DNA from: Reclinomonas americana ATCC 50394
Lineage: Eukaryota
Assembly (NCBI GenBank): GCA_048213135.1
Contig: PS015093.1
Location: 119,523-156,942 of the forward strand
Direction: 5' to 3'
DNA length: 37,420 nucleotides
The notes beneath the pieces are model-generated. The model ran no database searches, was not told where the DNA came from, and worked only from the letters and a program-made list of their open reading frames with translations. Positions 33,055 to 37,420 of this stretch are shown one piece after another. Position 1 is the first letter of the stretch, and the number at the start of each line of letters is the position of its first letter. Made by a program: the position numbers and the translations under genes.

Positions 33055-33288
33055 GTATGCATGCAAGTGGACCACGCACTCGCCGGCATTGCCGAGAAGA
33101 TCAAGAACATGTGTGTGTTGTGTGAGTACCCTCCATCCCTCTGCCTGATCTCCTCTTCTTATTCACCGTGACTCACCGTTCCCGCAACAGACTGCGTGGA
33201 CATCACCGAGGTTCCCGATTTCACCAAGATGTACGAGTTGTACGAGCCATGCAGCATCATGTTCTTCTTCCGCAACAAGCACATCATG
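33055..33288 (+). CDS. DIM1: DIM1/TXNL4A U5 snRNP protein, internal exons
   Basis: join(33055..33121, 33191..33288) gives VCMQVDHALAGIAEKIKNMCVLYCVDITEVPDFTKMYELYEPCSIMFFFRNKHIM. The N-terminal exon(s) are not seen and are probably in a gap. Confidence 0.92.
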
Positions 33289-34179
33289 GTACGTCCTCAT
33301 AGCCCTCCCTGCACGCGCTGTCCATGAGCTCGCACATTGTTGTCACTCTCGTGAGCGTACACTTATTCTGGTCATTCGTAACTTCTTGTATCACTCGTGT
33401 TTCTATTGTTTCTCGATCTCTGCCGTCCAATGTCGCTAACTCATCAGTCTCACGATGACTCTTCCTCTCTCTCTCTCTGTTTCTGCTTATCCTGCTCACA
33501 CTTGTTCATTCTCTCTTTCCCTTCATTCATTCTCACTCTCACTGACCGTCTCTTCTCTCCCCTCCTCTCATCTCTTCTTCTCTCTCTCTCTCTCTCTCGC
33601 CTGTCTACTCCTCCGTCTCCTCTTTCCCTCTTCCCCTCCCCTTCCCTCTTGCTTCCCCTCTTCTCACCCCTTCCCCTTATCGNNNNNNNNNNNNNNNNNN
33701 NNNNNNNNNNNNNNNNNNNNNNNNNNNNNNNNNNNNNNNNNNNNNNNNNNNNNNNNNNNNNNNNNNNNNNNNNNNNNNNNNNNNNNNNNNNNNNNNNNNN
33801 NNNNNNNNNNNNNNNNNNNNNNNNNNNNNNNNNNNNNNNNNNNNNNNNNNNNNNNNNNNNNNNNNNNNNNNNNNNNNNNNNNNNNNNNNNNNNNNNNNNN
33901 NNNNNNNNNNNNNNNNNNNNNNNNNNNNNNNNNNNNNNNNNNNNNNNNNNNNNNNNNNNNNNNNNNNNNNNNNNNNNNNNNNNNNNNNNNNNNNNNNNNN
34001 NNNNNNNNNNNNNNNNNNNNNNNNNNNNNNNNNNNNNNNNNNNNNNNNGTCAACGGTAACAAGGATATTTTCACGTCGCTTTTTCTCACTTTCTACATCA
34101 CGCGGGCACGGGAGGAGTCACGGCCCGCACACAAAAAAACGCATATACAGATAGATACACACACACACACACACAAGCC

Positions 34180-34335
34180 TCAGTATCGGTACTTGGTGGA
34201 GTAGTCCTTGGGGCCGACCACCAGACCGCGGCCCTTGCGTGCGCCGCGGTAGACCACCTCGATAATGTCGATCAGCTCTTGCTTGTCGGTGAGTGCCCAG
34301 TTGATCTTGTTGTTGTTGCCGGTGCCGAGGTCGAC
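34180..34335 (-). CDS. DIM1: DIM1/TXNL4A last exon, on the opposite strand to its upstream exons
   Basis: CAG|VDLGTGNNNKINWALTDKQELIDIIEVVYRGARKGRGLVVGPKDYSTKYRY* is the canonical Dim1 C-terminus and continues in phase 0 from ...KHIM. Confidence 0.92.
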   Translation of the reverse strand, partial: VDLGTGNNNKINWALTDKQELIDIIEVVYRGARKGRGLVVGPKDYSTKYRY

Positions 34336-34475
34336 CTGNNNNNNNNNNNNNNNNNNNNGTGTTGCTGGGCGAGGGAAGGAGGTGAGGGGGAGGGGAGGAG
34401 AGGGAGGGGAGGAGAGGGAGGGGAGGAGCAGGGTCTGGTTCAGTTGCGGTGCATCTCTCTCTCTCTCTCTCCTCA

Positions 34476-34960
34476 TTAAGTTCTCTCAGCAGCACACACC
34501 GGGATGACATGGAGATGCACCGCAGCAAAGAGGAAGAGTTCGACAACCGGCAGCTGCACTCCTCACTCCCTGTCCCCTCGAGAAGTTCTTTCCGCAGCAC
34601 ACACCAGTTTGGCAGAAAGATGCACCGCACCAACGAGTGAGACTTCAACAACCGGCAGCTGCACCAAGCCCTGCTCCTCACTCCCCATTCCCTCGTGAAG
34701 TTCTTTCCGCAGCACACAGCACGTTGACAGAGAGATGCACCGCAGCAAGGAGGAAAAGTTCGACAACCGGCAGCTGCACCAAACCTTGCTCCTCACTCCC
34801 TATCTCTCGTGAAGTTCTTTCCGCAGCACACACCGGGTTGATAGAGAGATGCACCGCTGCAAAGAGGAAGAGTTCGACAACTGGCACTGCACCAGACCCT
34901 TCTCACTCCCATATCCCCTCGTTAAGTTCTTTCCGTAACACACACCAGTTTGACTGCCCA
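34476..34960. repeat. Degenerate tandem repeat, ~105-115-bp unit, 4-5 copies
   Basis: aagttct(t/c)tc.gcagcacaca recurs near 34478, 34583, 34698, 34812 and 34924, with gagatgcaccgc and cggcagctgcacc blocks in between. Confidence 0.85.
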
Positions 34961-35156
34961 AGTCAGCATTGTTGGTTTTGAGCACGTTTGCCCTCCTTAT
35001 TGATCATGAGCTGCCAAGTTCCGCAGTCATCTTCGATATTTCACGTTGTGACGCCAAGATCAGCATTCAGTCAATAATACCGCCGGTATCTCCTGGTAAA
35101 CCATGCCGCCCTCCTTGTCGGCACCCCCCTCGTTCATAAACAAGCCCATTCACTGC

Positions 35157-36785
35157 TCACAGACCGAGCATTGCATCCAGGTCTTCCTCCTCTTCTTCCT
35201 CCACCTCTTTTCGCATATCAAGCTGCGGAGCACTCGCCCTTGGCGGTGCTGGCGGCGGCGGTGGTGGAGGTGGCGCCTGCTGCGACGCACTGTCATCCTC
35301 CTGGGTGAGTTTTGGCACGGCGAGAAACGTCTTGCGCTTGCGGGAAGCCGGCGCATCGGCGACGAATGGATTGGAGGCTGCTGGTGGTGGAGGTGGAGGT
35401 GGTGGGGGAGGCGGCGGGAGTGGATCCCGAGTGGTGCAGATCACCGGCCGCAGCGCCAGTGCCGGCACTTGCGGCCGTGGAGGCGGTGGAGGTGGTGGCG
35501 GCGGGGGCGGAGAACCGTGACCATACCCGCCTGAGTTGAACGAGAGTCCGGAGAGGACGGGAGGGGTGAGCGCGCCCACTCCCATGCCCACGCTGCCGAG
35601 ACCGGCGCCGGGCGAGAAACTCTCAAAGCCAGTGGCGGCACTGCGGCGCGCCCCAAAGCCCGAGCCATCGGCATCGTCGTCGAGGCGGCGCTGGAGCGGG
35701 AAAAGGGGAAATGAGTGGAAGGAGAGAAGACAAAGAGAACCCTTCACTGCCACGCACCACTGTCGACTGGCGCACCGACGTCGCCGACCCGGGCAGCTGA
35801 CCCATTGTGGCTGGCGAGCCGAAGCGACGCAGCGATGCCAGCTGGGAGCCCGTCACCGAGTTGGCGGCGGCGGCTACGGAGGGCGGGGCGTGCACGCTGA
35901 CAACGTTGAGTGGGGTGACAATCAGGCACTGGCGGTCGTAGCTCGGCGCAAAGAGGGCGCAGTTGCGCAGCACGACTGCGGTGTATGGGCGGAGGAGGTC
36001 GGGGTGGAGGTCGGCCACGCGGCGGTGGATGGTGGATTGAAGGGTCCCTGAGATTGGGGAAGGGGGATAAGGGGGAAGGGAGGAGGGGAAAAGGAGGGGC
36101 GAGGAGAAGGAAGGGAGTGGAAGGAAGGAGGAACTGACAGAAGTGAAAGAGGTGAACGGGAGGAGAGGCGAAAACGAAAGGGATGGACATGATCAGAGAG
36201 GGGATGGAGAGAGGGACGGACAAGCTCAGTGGGGCAAGGGAGAGAGGGGAAGTGCCAGAAGTGAAAGCGGTAAATGGGAGAGGCGAAAGCGAATGGCAGG
36301 AAGACAGGAAGGACAAGCTCAATAGGTAAGGGAGATGAAATAGGAGAGGCGGAAGGGAGCGGGAAGGAGAGGCTCAGTGGGAACGGGAAAGGAAAGCGAG
36401 GCAGAAGGGAGAGGGAAGGGAGAACTGACAGAAGTGAAAGAGGTGAACGGGAGGAGAGGCGAAAAAGAAAGGGATGGACATGATCAGAGAGGGAATGGAG
36501 AGAGGGACGGATAAGCTCAGTGGGGCAAGGGAGAAAGGGGAAGTGACAGAAGTGAAAGCGGTAAATGGGAGAGGCGAAAGCGAATGGATCGAGAATCGAG
36601 ATGGCAGGAAAAGAGAGAAAAGCAACGCGGAATACATCTGTGCAGGCCGTCGCTCGGACTCTCAAGCAAAGCGTCGCCCAGAGATATCAAGGTGCCCACT
36701 CCGCACCTGTGCCATCATACACCGTCACCAGCACATCATCGTCGTTGCTGTCGACAGACTTGACCAGAACGCTGATAAGCGCCAC
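35157..36785 (-). CDS. HROB: HROB/MCM8IP-like OB-fold protein (DUF4539), 3' exons, with a Pro-rich C-terminus
   Basis: join(36785..36707, 36047..35758, 35690..35157) gives VALISVLVKSVDSNDDDVLVTVYDGTGTLQSTIHRRVADLHPDLLRPYTAVVLRNCALFAPSYDRQCLIVTPLNVVSVH. This matches the HROB pattern V.IKS...D....DPTG.M.GT.H....L..G.VL.L....VF.P....L.VT..N.V. The 5' exons lie beyond the window. Confidence 0.8.
36131..36590. repeat. Intronic direct duplication (~170-bp core, ~290-bp spacing)
   Basis: gaactgacagaagtgaaagaggtgaacgggaggagaggcgaaaa...gcggtaaatgggagaggcgaaagcgaatgg occurs at ~36131 and ~36422. Confidence 0.85.
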
Positions 36786-36827
36786 CTGCAAAACTGTTTT
36801 AGTGCCAGGCGCAAACTCTCTCTCGAA

Positions 36828-37185
36828 AGGAGCACAGCTAGAGGAGCGGAGCAGAGCGAGAGGAGCGGAGCAGCGAGAGGAGCGGAGCAGCGAGAGGAGC
36901 GGAGCACAGCGAGAGGAGCGGAGCAGCGCGAGAGGAGCGGAGCAGCGCGAGAGGAGCGGAGCACAGCGAGAGGAGCGGAGCAGCGCGAGAGGAGCGGAGC
37001 ACAGCGAGAGGAGCGGAGCAGCGCGAGAGGAGCGGAGCACAGCGAGAGGAGCGGAGCACAGCGACAGGAGCGGAGCACAGCGAGAGGAACGAAGCACAGC
37101 GAGAGGAACGGGAGCACAGCGAGAAGAACGAAGCAGAGCGAGAGGAACAGAGCACAGCGAGAGGAACGGAGCACAGCGAGAGGAA
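36828..37185. repeat. Intronic ~18-20-bp minisatellite (gaggagcggagcacagcga)
   Basis: A directly visible tandem array; it produces the spurious ERSGAQRE / LRSSRCAP ORFs. Confidence 0.9.
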
Positions 37186-37420
37186 AAGAAAGCAGGGAGA
37201 AGAGGAGTAGCGCTATGAGAGAGAGCCCATTCCCTTCTCCCCCACACTCCCTTTCCCTTCTCCTTCCACTCATCGCTTCTCGCTTCCCCTTCCCACTTGC
37301 CTTCCTCTTCTCTTTCTACACTCCCCTCCCTCCCATATGTCAACTTCACCACCAACAGTCCCTTCTCCCACTTTCCCCTCCTTCCCGCTATCCCTCCCTT
37401 GCCCCTTCTCTCCCCTCCCT

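Noticed and set aside
34476-34960. Possible CRISPR-like array
   Set aside because: The whole unit is repeated degenerately with no unique spacers; the context is eukaryotic and no cas genes are present.

Overview
Draft-assembly window (many N gaps, GA/CA microsatellite-rich introns) from a GC-rich, intron-containing eukaryote, probably a protist; the lineage cannot be fixed from the sequence alone. Conserved spliced genes: a Bet1-like Qc-SNARE, a secreted M14 zinc carboxypeptidase, CWF19L2, a BRCC36-like JAMM protein, DIM1/TXNL4A and an HROB-like OB-fold gene, plus the 3' end of a CaaX-terminated gene. The main signal is a putative innate-immune locus with two paralogous NLR-like STAND genes on the minus strand (2948-7216 and 25517-31166+). 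After manual splicing both read: ubiquitin-like exon, HEPN-like domain with an RxxxxH motif, NACHT, pentapeptide repeats, WD40 array (10 vs 14 repeats). The second array is internally homogenised with hypervariable positions, as in fungal HET-E/HET-D. The first gene is flanked by two intronless 7-blade WD40 genes of the same repeat family, one head-to-head 191 bp away; both share an unexplained conserved C-terminal tail. Also noted: a recurrent atypical GTTGCG splice donor and a DIM1 last exon on the opposite strand. All gene models and domain calls were made by eye without database searches.
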